Assembly (NCBI GenBank): GCA_010093605.1
Contig: MU004198.1
Location: forward strand, 374,726-438,725
Source: Lophium mytilinum
Lineage: Eukaryota
DNA: 64,000 nucleotides
Direction of reading: 5' to 3'
Positions 11,388 to 23,726 of this stretch are shown here, piece by piece. The notes below the pieces were generated by a model that had not been told where the DNA came from, made no database searches, and saw only the letters and a list, made by a program, of their open reading frames with translations. The position numbers and the translations under genes were made by a program. How positions within the stretch are numbered: position 1 is the stretch's first letter; each line of letters starts with the position of its first letter.

Positions 11388-12140
11388 TTTTGACAACCTA
11401 CTTACCCGCTTGATCCGCTCCGTGACATACCTAAAATCAAAAGCTCTGATGTAAAGCGCTTGCCACCGTAGATCAGACATGTAAAATTGTAACCCCGCAA
11501 ACCAGCCAGGTAAAAACTGAGCACTGGAAATCGGGATAATATCCTAGGGATTTTGGCAAACTATATGCACTATCCAACCTCCCTTTGCCATATCTACGGA
11601 GAATTTGTCGAATGTAAAGCTCTTAATACCGTAGATTAGACATATAAAATCCTGACCGCGCAAACCAGCCAGGTAAAAACCGAGCACTTTAACCCAGCTC
11701 AACTTCCTAAACCCCTTAGCAACCTACATAGGCTACCAAACCTCCCCGCACCATATCCTCAGATATTTTCTTGAATGTATAGATCTTGGCACCGTATATT
11801 AGACATGTGAAATCCTAACACCTTGAACTACCTAAGTAAAAACTAAGCACTTTAAATTAGCTTATCTTTCTAGGCCCTTTGATAACCTACGTAGACTACT
11901 AAACCTCCCTTCGCCATATCTATAAAGCTTTCTTCGGATGTAAAGCTTTGAAAACCGCAGATTAGATATGTAGAATCCTTGCCTCGCAAACCAGCCAGGT
12001 AGAAACCGAGCACTTTGAATTAGCTCGACCTCCCAAGCCTATTGATAACCTACATACAGTCTCAACCCTCCCTTCGCCATTTCCACAAGAAATCTCTCGA
12101 ATGTAAAGCTCCTGACCCCGCAGACCAGCTAAGTGAAATC
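11388..12140 (+). repeat. Degenerate 163-bp tandem array: 4 full units plus partial flanking units
   Basis: The ATGTA(A/T)AG anchor falls at 11449, 11612, 11775, 11938 and 12101, exactly 163 bp apart. Shared blocks include ACCGTAGATTAGACATGTAAAAT, CAAACCAGCCAGGTAAAAACCGAGCAC and AACCTCCCTTCGCCAT. Confidence 0.93.
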
Positions 12141-12250
12141 TTACCGATCAATAAAGCTTATGCGGCACGTTCAGCAAGGCAATAGCAAGATCATCACTAG
12201 CATCACATAATCTCTATAACCTATCTAATCCCCACCCATCCCCTACTACC

Positions 12251-14252
12251 TCACCACTTCCCAACCAACCCCGCAACCTCCCTCACCACCTCTGTACCCC
12301 CCTTCCTCCCCTCTGCCAACTTAACCTTTTCTACCGTCCCCTTCGCATCCATCGCCAAGCACAAATCCCGTACCTCCCCCTCCCGCCCCGCCCCAAACGC
12401 GATCCACCCCACACACACTACCCCCATATACCGCACCTCCTCCGCCTCGTCCGCAGGAGGCCTTCCCAGCACCTCCAACACCGACGCCAAAACTTCCACC
12501 TGCTCGCCCTCCGGCAGCTCCCCCACCCCGGCCTCCTGCCCTGCGGATAAAGCCGCCGTGCGCACTTTATGGTTCGCCCCCGCGAGATTCAGCGCCAGCG
12601 CCATCGCCGAGGCGCGCAGCGCGCCATGGTGCTCGTCCAGCAGCGCGGCAGTGAGGAGGGTAACGAGCAGCGACGACAGCGGAGGCGCGAGGAGGTGGGG
12701 CGTGAAGAGCGGGCTGGAGAAGAGGTTGCAGGCGAGGTGGATGGATGTGAGGCGGAGGTTGTAAGGGGCGGAAGGGCCGAGTGAGGCCACGTAGCTGAGG
12801 AGGTGGGTGATTGTGGTAGTAGAGCCCGTGGTTGAAGAGGCGGAATGCTCTTCGGCAAACCAGCCGGCGATGCGGGGGTCCGGGAGGGTTGTGCGCAGGA
12901 GGTCGAGGGCTGTGAAGAGGAGGTCTGGGGGGAGGGTTGTTGGGGCGGAGCGGAGGAAGGCGGCGAAGGCCGGGAGGGAGGGGAGGGGGGAGTCGATGGC
13001 GCCGGCGGCGGAGAGGGATTTGATGAAGGAGACTATGGAGGTGACGGCGGGGTCGTGGCCGGCGGGGCCCATTTTGGCAGTGAGTTTGTCGAGGGGTGGG
13101 ACTTTGGGGTAGGTGATTGGGCGGAGGGGGGTGTGGAGGAGCGTTGGGACGTTCTGGAGCAGATGCGGGTGGCGGGGAAATGCTTGGTCTAGGAGCATTG
13201 CTGCGTTAGCCCGTAGTCGACGTTCGTCTGCACCGCTCCATTCGTCTTGCTTTTGGCCGCGAAGGAAGGACGTGAAGGTCGGGGTTGCTCGGACACCGTA
13301 TTTCGATGCGACTTCGTACGCGTTGTTAATGTCGACTTTGATAAAGACGCCTTTGCTGCCGGCTTCTGCGGCGATTTCGTCGTATGCGGGATATACGATC
13401 TTGCAGGGCGCACAGGTAGAGCTCGTGAAGAAGATTATGGCGCATGATTTTGAGGCAGAATATAGGAGACTTTCGACTTCTTGGAGAGAGGTCACGTTAT
13501 GAACTTTGCCTTCTGTGCCATTGGACACCTTATGATATAACCCGGTTGGTGTGTTTCGTGGTAGGGCTGACTGCGGGGGAACGTTTCGTTGCGGTACGGG
13601 TGCTTGAGTAATAGATCTCATGGCGCTGTCCAGTTGTGGTTTGAGCATCTGTCCGAACGGGGTGTTCAGAACAGTCTGTGGAAGGGATGTGATATGGTCT
13701 GGTATGCCTCTGCCGACTAAGAACATGGCGAAGTCGTTGGAACTATGAAGTCGTCAAAGCCGAAACTTCGAGTCTATTGCTCAGTAAACTCACAAGTTGT
13801 TGCAGTTATGCAGGAATAAGTCGTAGGATTCCGGCGTATATATCTGCTTCAGCGAGTCCATGTACTCAAGTATGATTTCCATAGGTAGCGCCGTCTCCCC
13901 CAGTGGTATAACCTCCATCGGTGCTCCATGATGTGTTGTTCCGGGGTAGCATGTCTGTATGCCCTGGCCAAAGAAGTACTCAACGCCACCGAATACGAGT
14001 GCCGTGTGATAGACGGCGTCTAAGGTCTATTAGAGGTCGGCTTGATGGGTGGTAGATGAAGGTATGGTACCTATCTGGGTTCCGAGGAACTGGCGGGACA
14101 GCTATTTGACGTGTTTAGCTTGGCGTATTCGAAGGCCGGAAAATGTAGCATACCTGTCGCGCCAGGCCCTAGGATATTGTTAATTAGCTTTCAGGTGGCG
14201 GGGTTCATGACACTACCTTGGAAAGATCGTAGACGTAGAGCTGGACGTCCAT
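12251..14252 (-). CDS. PPPDE/DeSI-family peptidase fused to thioredoxin-like and PUL domains; 5 exons
   Basis: Exons are 14252-14217, 14168-14154, 14101-14071, 14019-13794 and 13742-12251. The spliced N-terminus reads [33 protein letters not shown]...[14 protein letters not shown] (PPPDE His and NCN motifs), followed by a CAPC thioredoxin motif and a PUL-like C-terminus. Confidence 0.9.
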
Positions 14253-15519
14253 GTTTGCGATCCAGATCGTGAATGCTATCGTAGCATGCTGTAGGACGGG
14301 GAGGGTACAAGTTCTTGAAAGGTGTGAATAGCTTCAGGCATCGGAGTGACGCGTGCGAAGCTTCTCGACACGCTCAACGCAAGGCTGCGCTTATCTAATC
14401 TAAACGCCTCTAACCCCGAGCTGTTAGGGCTGCGTCACCTCAACCACCCTTGCATCTTCATTACAACCTTTCTATTCAGACATATGAGGGGCTGTTAGGC
14501 CATCTCCAGCGGTGCTAGACACGTATTACTACGCCTAGGATACAGAAGTATGCTCCGAATTCCACTGTCTACTTCACATTCTCTTCAGGTATTCTATCCA
14601 TATTCTCACTTCGCGCCCCTGTTTCCAAATCCCGGATCTAAACCCTGGGCAGCCTCTCCACCTCTGGAAGAAACAGCCTGTTTGTTCACGCTTCCGTTGG
14701 ACCGTCTTTGGGTCTCCTGTATCAAGGCGATTCGTTCACTTCCCCTTCGTTATATTCTAGAGCGCGTGGCGGCTGGCGGATCCCAGTATTTCAGAAAATC
14801 GCCATAATGGCCCCAATACAATTGCATACCTGAAAACGCGGCCCTCTCATACCTGCATTTCCTGTGTAAACGTGTCACCCACGTAATGCACTGCCGGTGT
14901 CCAGAAATCCTCCTTCAAGCACTCATCGTCTATCCGATTCTGAGACGCTCACAAGACGACTGCTCTCCCTCTTCTATCAGTACTCGAAATTCAATTATTT
15001 AGCGTCATGTTTAGCCTCTCTGTTCAGCTGAACTACTACGATATCAATTCTGTTACTTCGTCTTTTCTCTACCTGCTTCGTATGTCGAAGATCACAAGTA
15101 TCTAACACTAATCCGCATCTGTTTTAGCGCTGTTGGCCAGGGTGTTGATTTGAAGATTTGTCGTGGAACCGCAGACATCATTCCGGCTCGTTCGACGCTT
15201 CAGTTCACACCTCCAGGTAATCGCTATCACCCTGAATCTTCTTAAAACTCTTGAATCGACACATCTTTGAGGAATCCATGAGAGCGGAATCATATCTTCA
15301 GCCGTTAATGTAGATCACTGTGGCGCAGCAGCTTTAACCTAATTCAGACCGCAGCCCGAGGTCTTTCAAGGGTCTGCTCAGGTGTAAGGCAACGAGACTC
15401 TGAATGAAATATAAAGGCCAAGCCCCAAGCTCTCCCATATCCTCAACATAGCTCCAAATCTGATACTTCTCTTCCAAATCAGAAACGCATCGTAATCATT
15501 ATATATCACCAACGACGAG

Positions 15520-17074
15520 ATGTCCGGGCAGTACTCAATCACGCACGCAGCCAACGGTGACCAAACGCTCATCGTACAAGGCGGTGTTAAAGACTTCAAG
15601 GAAACTGCCGAAAATATAGTCAACGACGACGACCAACTCGTCCACCTTCGGACAATTGAGATCATCGGAAGAGACGACAACGAAGATGCATCCTGGGAAG
15701 AACGACCGCAAGAGGAGCTTAGAGCTGAGTTGAACGCTTTCTGCGAGTCCATGGTCAACATCCTCAACGCAGTCCATGAAAAAGGAAAACTAGAGTCCTT
15801 TAAATGGGCTGGTCTTCGATTCTACCTAAAGAAAGAAGGGCGGTCTGCAGCCTTCTGGGAGGCGCTGTGGAAGCACTCCGCCACTCTCACCAAGCTAGAA
15901 CTAGACTGCGAACAGCGCGAGATTGGAGATATAGTAATTACATCTCCTATCATCCCTATCAACAACTAGCTAACAGCTCAAAGCCCCACCCCACCGCCCC
16001 CATGCCCAATCTGCACACCCTCAACCTCTGGATGGGCAACGCCTGCGGCGACGACGGCACCATCCTCAACACCCTCCTCCACAACACCCCCAACATCCGC
16101 TCCCTCGCCCTCTCCCTACCCGACTGCGACCTCGAAGGCTGCCGCATCCGCAACCTCACCTGGGACTACACGTTCCCTCACCTCTCAACGCTGCTCGTCA
16201 GCGTCTTCAGCGTCCCCTCCACCCCCGTCTTCGCCTTCCTCTCCCGCCACCCCCTCGTCACAACCCTCACCTACGGCGTCGACACCGACCGCGACGACAG
16301 CCCCGACGTCTTCCCCCCCGCCGCCTTACCGCATCTCCGCGCTATCAGGTTCGAGATCTGCTTCGACGAGGCCGCCCTCGCCGAGCTCTTCGCCGCCGAC
16401 GCCGCGCGCCCGATCGCGCACGTCTTCCTGGAAAGGCATTCCCGGAACGCCCTGTCGCAGCTCGTGGGGGTTGCGGCTTCATTGAAGTGTCTAGAAATCG
16501 AGGCGATGGCGCGGGATTGGCGGCCGGAGGAGCCGGATTCGGACGACTCTGACTCCGACGACGATGAGGAAGCGGAGGGAGAGGAGGAGAAGACGGAGAG
16601 AGAGCCGGAGCCGCGGTTGCCGGAAGTCGTTAAGGGGCTGCTTCCGGAGCTGGGGGAGCTGCAGGAGCTCGCGGTTGGTTTGGAGACGGCGAATACGTAT
16701 GTGGGGAGGTTTCAGCATCCGCCGCCGATGGGGGTGGATGATTTGGTAGGAACACCTTGGAATCCTCATGTTGAGTGGCTAGTGACTGACTGCGTGAATA
16801 GATCGCCGTGCTGGAAGTCCTTCCGGCGAAGTCTAAGATACGGGCTATTCGCTTGTCTGATTCGCGGGGCGAAGAGCTTTCGGAGGAGTTTAAGGCGGAT
16901 GTGCCGGGCGTGCCAGAGGGTCTGGAGTTTATTCGATGGGACGTTGGTAAGAAGAAGAATCTGTATCGTCTTGAGAGAGGAAATGGAAAGGTAAAGGCTG
17001 TCTTACATGAGCCACTTTGGCAGAACACGAGTGAGGAGAAGTCTTGGACGGATGAGAGGGTATTGGAGTATTGA
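15520..17074 (+). CDS. Hypothetical LRR/RNI-like protein with 2 introns
   Basis: Three ORF pieces join across introns at about 15933-15982 (GTAATT..GCTAAC..AAG) and 16746-16801 (GTAGGA..CTGAC..TAG). LxxLxL motifs recur (PNLHTLNL, PNIRSLAL, PHLSTLLV, PHLRAIRF). TATAAAG lies at 15410. Confidence 0.7.
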
Positions 17075-17388
17075 AGTGACGATGAGTAACGATCTCATGA
17101 GGATTTGGAAAGAAAGTATACCAAGACTTATTTCTCGATGAACGCAACGTGATAGAGCATGTAAGGTTTGCTAAGAAAACGTTTTTACCTGTAACGGCGG
17201 AGGTACCAAAGGGCCGAACACAGAGAGCTTGGGTTCTTGGCATTTTTCGATTGATATCAAGCCGTATCCCTAAATCGCATATTCATGTACGCTGGTATTC
17301 AACTCGCTACTATCCATCAAAGTTCAGCCAATCTATATACCAGAACCACATACAACCAACAGCCAATAAGTATCCCCCATAGGCCAAC

Positions 17389-20300
17389 TCAACTCAGCAA
17401 CTCCTTGATATCCTCAATGCGCTGTAACCGCTTCTCCTCATCACTCATCATTCCTAAAGAACTCGCACTGCATCACAGTTAGCAAATGCCCTCCCAATAC
17501 CGCACCCATATTCACGGAACGAGAGGACTCACATAAACTTTTTCCGCTCCTGAATCCTCAACATCTTCTCCTCGATGCTCTTCTCCACTACAAACCGAAC
17601 CACCCGCACCTCCCCATCCTGCCCCATACGATGCACACGGTCGATCGCCTGCGCCTCGACCGCAAAGCTCCACCACGGATCCATCATGAACACGCGCTTT
17701 GCAGACGTCAGGTTCAGTCCAACGCCACCAGCCCGCAAACTCAGGAGTAGCACGATCCCCTTCTTGGACGCTGTGAACTCGGTCAATACGGCTGCCCGCG
17801 CTTTCTGTGCCATTGAACCGTCAAAACGTAGGAAAGGGATGCGGTCACGTTCCAGCGCTGGCTCGATGAGGTCGAGGAAGGAGGTGAATTGGGAGAAGAC
17901 GACAGACTTCATGCCGGCATCCGCGCGGCGAATTGACTTGAGGTGCGTGAGCAGCGCAGCAGTCTTCGCGGAGCCAGAGGCGCCAATACGGCGGAGCGAG
18001 ATGCGCGGAGTCTGGGTAGCGGGTGGAGGAGAGGACAAGTCATCGAGGTCCATGTCGCCGTCATCTAGCTCTCCCACGACTTCGTCGTGGCGGATAACCT
18101 CGAAGACGTCGCGAGCGTTGATAGGTTCGCGGCAGTTGAAGCATTTCGCAATTTCGCCTTTATCCCGCTGGTGGGTGATGTAATCGAGAAGACACTTTTT
18201 ACATGCGCTGTGCCAGCAACCGGTGACGGCCTGGTCTTCCATGGGGTCTTCAGAGCATATTGGGCATTCTTGGTTGGCTTCTTCTTGTATCTGCTTCAAT
18301 ACGGTAGCGCCGAATCGGTTTGCGTCTTGGTCGCTGTCTGACGCGAAGCGTTCGAGGAGAGTGTCGAGGTCCATGTCGTCGGCAAGGCCGTTGGCAATGT
18401 CAGCTGCTGCAGCTGCGTCATCTTCGTCTGCTACAATTTCCTTTTTGCGAATGAGGACCGGGTGGCAGCAAGACTGGCGAAGTCGAAGAATTTGCGCGAA
18501 GATAGTGGTGTAGGATTTCATGAGTGTGCCAGCTTCGGCGTTGGCTGCAAAGACTCGTTTCGCACGCGTGAAGATGTAGTCGTATACTTCTCTTTCGTCC
18601 TTGGAGAGCTCAATGCGCTCTATTTCGATCGTCCGTGGAGGTAGTGGCACTAGGGCTTTTCCGTCGGGTGTTTTCATATCTTTCGTCCGGCGTAGGACGA
18701 GAGGCTCTAACACGGTTTGAACGACATCGAGTGCCCGAAGGAAATCCTTTGACTCGAATGGAACGGTGATGAAGGTCTTCCAGAATGAGAAGTTACTCCA
18801 TGGCTCAACTCTCAGGAAACGGACAAGACTGAACAGGTCTTCCAGGCGGTTGACGATGGGAGTTCCGGTGAGTACCCAACGGTGCAGAGCACTAATCTCA
18901 TAACATGCTTTGGCAGTCTTCGATTGTCGATTCTTGATGAAGTGCGCTTCGTCTAAGATAACCCGAAAGTATTCTAGAGAAAAGAGGCCGCCATGTGACC
19001 CTCTATTGCCGTCATTGGCAGCGACTTGGTTGAACTCGGAGAGAATCACACCATAGCTAGTAATTATAACATTTGGGGCATTGGCTGCGTTGGCCTCGCA
19101 GCAAAGTTTCTGCAAGTTTGCAGACTTTTCCGCGCCGTAGTAAACCATTGTTTTCAAGGTTCCAGGCAGGGATGCTTTTTCTGCTTCACTTTGCCATTGA
19201 GCGAGTAAGGACATTGGAGCTACAACAAGCGTTGTGCACGGAGCGCGCTCAACTGATGTTGAGTTCTTTGGCAATCTAGGGAGGTTGTTCACACTTGCTA
19301 CCTCTCCGGATGCCGCCATTGCGACGTCAGATCTATGCGTATGAATGAGACTGAGCATCTCGATCGTTTTTCCAAGACCCATTTCTGTACTAATTAGCTT
19401 TGATGATTTAGCAGGAAGAAGACGTCTTACCATCAGCAAGTATACCACCCAAACAGTTCTGCTCTTGGACAGGAAAGTCAAGTGAGAGTTCTCCGGAATA
19501 GGGGTTGACGTAAAAGCTAGCCTGATCGGTCACTTCTGGCAAGTCTTTGTCGTCTACGTCCTTCGTAGGCCAGCTATACTCTTCCCATAAGGGATGCATA
19601 GATACCTCCTTGTCATCAGCCTTTTCATCCTTCTCTTTGCTTATCATCCAGTGTAAAGCTTGTTTTTGGTACTTCCGCAGATCCATGCAGAATGTGTCGG
19701 CTGGCTCTGCCGTAGGTGTATTGAAGTCGAAAGACTGTGCCTTTTTGTATAATGTGTCGAGCTGGTCTTGTTCCAGCTCTTGGCCATCTTCCGCATCATC
19801 TGAGGGTGGAGAGGCGCCTTCGGCTCCGTCCGGCTTTCCGTCTGGTGTCTTGTTCCCATTCCTCTTCTCATGCTGCTCTGCGACCTCTGCGGCTTGTAGA
19901 AGACCTTGACGTTTATGCTTTTCAGTAGTGGCGTTAATTTGAGTAGGGTGCAGATTGACTTCATCGAACAATTTGACCATTGCGACTTGACGAAGCCTTA
20001 GATTCTTCTCATCGTTGCTCTCTTTAGCTTCAAAGAGCCCTGTTTCGCGGTTATCTTGAGGCCTAATGAAGTTCGCAGCTTCAAACGCGCCCTTCAAGAG
20101 ATAGCATCTCAGCTGCAGATAAACGTTCTCGTTTGTTCTTAATCTTTCGGGTGCATAGACGCAAGATCCCTCGAACGTGCATATTTTCTGGTCGATTAAG
20201 GTTGATATCCAAGCAGCAGACTCATTCTCAAGTCTTCCTACCTCTTGCCCTCGGGTGTTCGTAAATCGTACGATGATATCTTGACGCTTGCTTACAAATG

Positions 20301-21009
20301 CCCGCGCTTTTCCGCCTCTACCAGGCTTTGTAGCTGGGGCTTGCATCTTTGCTCGCTCAATCCCAACCTTTTGACCATACGCGATCAAGCCTGTACCGCT
20401 CTTTGTAGACCATCCTGTCACCCCAAATGCACCAATGTACCTTGTCCGCGGTGTTGATGTCAGAAGAGTTGTGGAAGGCTTGGACGAGGCGTTTGTAGCT
20501 TTGAGGTCGGCAATTGGTGAAGACAGACCCGATTTCTGGTCTTCTTTCCGCCATGATGAGAGAATATTGTGATTCTGCGCCTTGGAGGGACGTGGCGATG
20601 GTGTTGTGTTCCATGATCCGTCCAGATACATGTTTATAGCTATTGGATGTTAGCAAGACAAGACTACAACGCGAACATGGGACCATTTGCCTTTCTGGAT
20701 ATCGTCTCCGCATTGCTCTTTGAGCCTCCGAAGGACAGACGGCGCAACGCGCTCCCCAACGACGCTCGCAAAGAATTCTCCGTCAAATCCACCGGCATCT
20801 TTTCTACCAAATTTCTCTTCATTGTCTGATTGTGTAAGATCAATAGACTCTATGACATCTGCATCAGGCGTAGTTTCTGGTAACGCGTCGATTTCGTCCG
20901 GCAAAGAGGTTTCGTGATGCCGGGTGCGGTCGACAATCGGGGAAGAGGGGTCCTCTACGAAGAAACGGCGCTTCTTCGCGGGTCTCTCCTGGAATTCAAC
21001 GGAGCTCAT
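17389..21009 (-). CDS. RAD5: DNA repair helicase/E3 ligase Rad5 (HIRAN, SNF2 ATPase, RING)
   Basis: HIRAN region; GGILAD|EMGLGKT; DEAH; WVLTGTP; RING CPIC..CWHSACKKC..CFNC; SLRAGGVGLNLT; QAIDRVHRMGQ. Introns are 20640-20690, 19385-19430 and 17468-17532. Confidence 0.95.
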
Positions 21010-21326
21010 GTTGGATATAGAAGGGTGAGCATCTGTATGGCGTTGGAGGTGTGGCGGCGAAGAAAAGTAGGCTGACATTGGAAGACGCGCCGACGCGCTC
21101 CACTTTAAGAAACAACGCTTGGGAGATCTGCGGCGTCATCGCCGAGATTCATCAACGTCCATCCATTCACCATTTCACGCGCATTGTATCTAGAAGCACA
21201 CCGGAGGTTCTTTTCCATGCACTATACTATTGAAGTTGGACATCGAGTCTTCCGTTTCACCTTTCCGTCTACAATGGCAGCTCGTCGTCCCTCTTAAAGC
21301 CATATACCCACTTTCCTCCCGCTTCA

Positions 21327-22580
21327 ATGAGCTTTGCAAACGTCAAAAATATAACAAGATGTCGGAGGGCAGTCTTCTCAGTCTCAAAGAATGGCCGAAG
21401 GAGTTATGCGACCGCAAGAGATGGTGGCTCATCAATGCCCTCGGCTGTTGAAATTGATTCTGCCAGAGCATACTGCTCAAATCTAATACGGTTTGTCCTA
21501 AAACCCTGTCTTTCTAACATATCAACGGAACTTTACTAACAGTACCGTAGTAATTACGACTCGCCCTCATTTACTCTCCAAACCTTCATCCCGCCGTCCT
21601 CCCGCGATGCCTACCTCGCCATTCGCGCTTTCAATATAGATGTTGCCCGCGTAGCCGACACGACGAGCACACCCACAATTGGCATGATGCGCATGCAATT
21701 CTGGCGGGACACTGTTTCCAAGGCACTGGCAGGGTTTCCGCCAAAGGAACCAGCCGCTGTTCTTCTCGCAAAAGCGGCGGAGGACCTGCATGACCGGACG
21801 GATGGGAAGAGCCGCTTCAGCAAGAATTGGTTTTTCCGTGTCATCAACACCCGCGAGCAGTATCTCACCAACCCACCATACCCGGATCTTGCGTCACTGG
21901 AGAGTTATGCGGAGAATACTTACTCCACACTACTGTACCTGACACTCTCGTCCCTGCCCCTGGCATCTGTCACAGCGGACCACTTGGCGTCCCATATCGG
22001 GAAGGCCACGGGCATTGCTGCTGTCCTTCGGGGACTTCCGCTCGTTGCTTTCCCTCCGCCTCCCGCATTTGGCACCAGCAACTCCTCGGCCGGTTCATTA
22101 GGCGGAAGCTCGAGGCAGGGATCAGTACTTCTCCCGTTAGACGTCATGGCCGAAGCTGGGGTAAAAGAAGAAGACATTCTCCGACAGGGCTCGTCCGCCG
22201 AGGGTCTGCGGGACGCCGTCTTTGCAGTCGCGACACGCGCAAACGACCATCTCATCACAGCGCGAGAAATGCTATCGAATCTACGTTCTGGGAGTGATAT
22301 AGGGCACGACTTCGAGCACCAAGATAACGAAGAGAGGCAGTACAGCTCGCAGCAACTCAATGCTGGGTCGACAATGCAGTCGGATGATGTGGAGCGTGCA
22401 TTTGGGGTGTTAATGCCAGCCGTGGCTACGCAGGCGTGGCTAGATAGGTTGCAAAAGGTTGATTTTGATGTGTTCTCACCGACGCTGAGGACGACGGACT
22501 GGAAGTTGCCGTGGAAGGCGTATTGGGCGTTCAGCCGGCGGAAACTGTTGAATATGACGCGAAAAAAGCAAGTAGGATGA
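21327..22580 (+). CDS. NDUFAF6: Squalene/phytoene synthase-fold mitochondrial complex I assembly factor (NDUFAF6-like)
   Basis: Arg-rich mitochondrial-type presequence (..RRSYAT); intron 21491-21550; motifs AYLAIRAFN, MRMQFW, LESYAENTYS, HLASHIGKA. Confidence 0.85.
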
Positions 22581-22897
22581 ACTATATGAGACTTGACGGT
22601 TTGATCATTTCTATTTTCCTACTAGTTCATTCGGTCATGAGTGTGCAGGTGCTATCTTTGCACTCCTATGACCTTGTATCCTCGCTGGTGAACGAATCGT
22701 AACTTATCTACACTTACCCTAGCGTCCTCGTGGGTGCACGGGGCAACTTGCCAAAGTGGCTGGCTGACATGTGAAATCAACATCACTAAGGGTATATAAG
22801 GCTATTTGTTTTCCAGATACCTCAATCTTGGGTGGGTCTACCTGTGCTGCTCTCGTACGCCGTCAACACCTTTGATTACACAAACCAAATAACCCAC

Positions 22898-22977
22898 AAA
22901 AATCTCTCAGCTGTTGCTTGGATTTGAACTAGACTTGGGGCCCTAGTTCGAATCCGAGTGACAGCTGAGAGGTTTTT
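22898..22977 (+). repeat. 35-bp inverted repeat with a 10-nt loop, a B-box-like GTTCGAATCC and a T5 tail
   Basis: Arms 22898-22932 and 22943-22977 pair at all 35 positions on the + strand RNA: 30 Watson-Crick and 5 G-U. Confidence 0.88.
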
Positions 22978-23639
22978 GCTTTTTGCACTCTTTTTGTGCT
23001 TCTCTTATTCACCTTCTTGGACACAACATATATGTACCGTTTCTTTAAAGATCCAATTTGCAGCAAGATTTGTATGAGCCAGGAAACCATTGATAGGCGC
23101 TTGCCTATGTGATAGTAGGAGAAGGCAAGGTTCATTCCGGCGTCACGGCACTATACAGGGCGGAGGGTTCTTACGGAGCACTGAGGCTCAAGGTCTAACT
23201 ACATCTTAGGGCCTACTTCCCTTTTAAAAGACCGGCGTCGACCCATGCCTCTCTGCATGTGACTTGATTCATTTTGGCCTGTCCGTGGAAAGCGAAGCTA
23301 TGAGGAAGCTGGGCTTGATAGCGGCGAAGCCGGGAGATATTGCGAGGTTCTTGTCTGCTGCTTCGGCTGCACTAAACTTGTTTTCTGTTAACAGCCCAAC
23401 CGTGACTGGGCAAAGAGTCGAACTTAGAAGGATCTCCGTTGTTGGTAAAAACTTGAAGAGAGGGAAGCCATCTGTGTTGGGAAAAATCTTTTTTAAGGGT
23501 GGCTGTGGGATCAAGTATGGTACCTGACGTAAGTGAACCAGAGAGAGGTCAAGACCCACGAACTCATCTATGGTTCTTTGAGACGAGGATACCTTATAAT
23601 ACCCGCGGTTGAACATTACACAGCCCTAACATCCTTAGT

Positions 23640-23647
23640 TATAAAAA
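23640..23647 (+). promoter_or_regulatory. Candidate TATA box of the His-rich gene
   Basis: TATAAAAA lies about 87 bp upstream of ATG 23727 and is followed by a pyrimidine-rich leader. Confidence 0.45.
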
Positions 23648-23726
23648 TTTGACGCCGCTTTACCGTTATCTCAATATTACTTTCTCCATCTCACCTCGCC
23701 AACTTTCTATCCACCCTACGAACACC

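Noticed and set aside
11388..12140. CRISPR-like interpretation of the regular array (also considered for 60055-61100)
   Set aside because: The units are homologous along their whole length, there are no identical short repeats with unique spacers, there are no cas genes, and the context is eukaryotic.
22898..22977. tRNA gene
   Set aside because: Only a T-loop/B-box-like motif is present. There is no D arm, anticodon arm or acceptor stem, and the sequence folds as one long hairpin.
23050..23616. Possible gene remnant or 115-aa ORF
   Set aside because: No recognisable motif and no consistent frame can be seen by eye.
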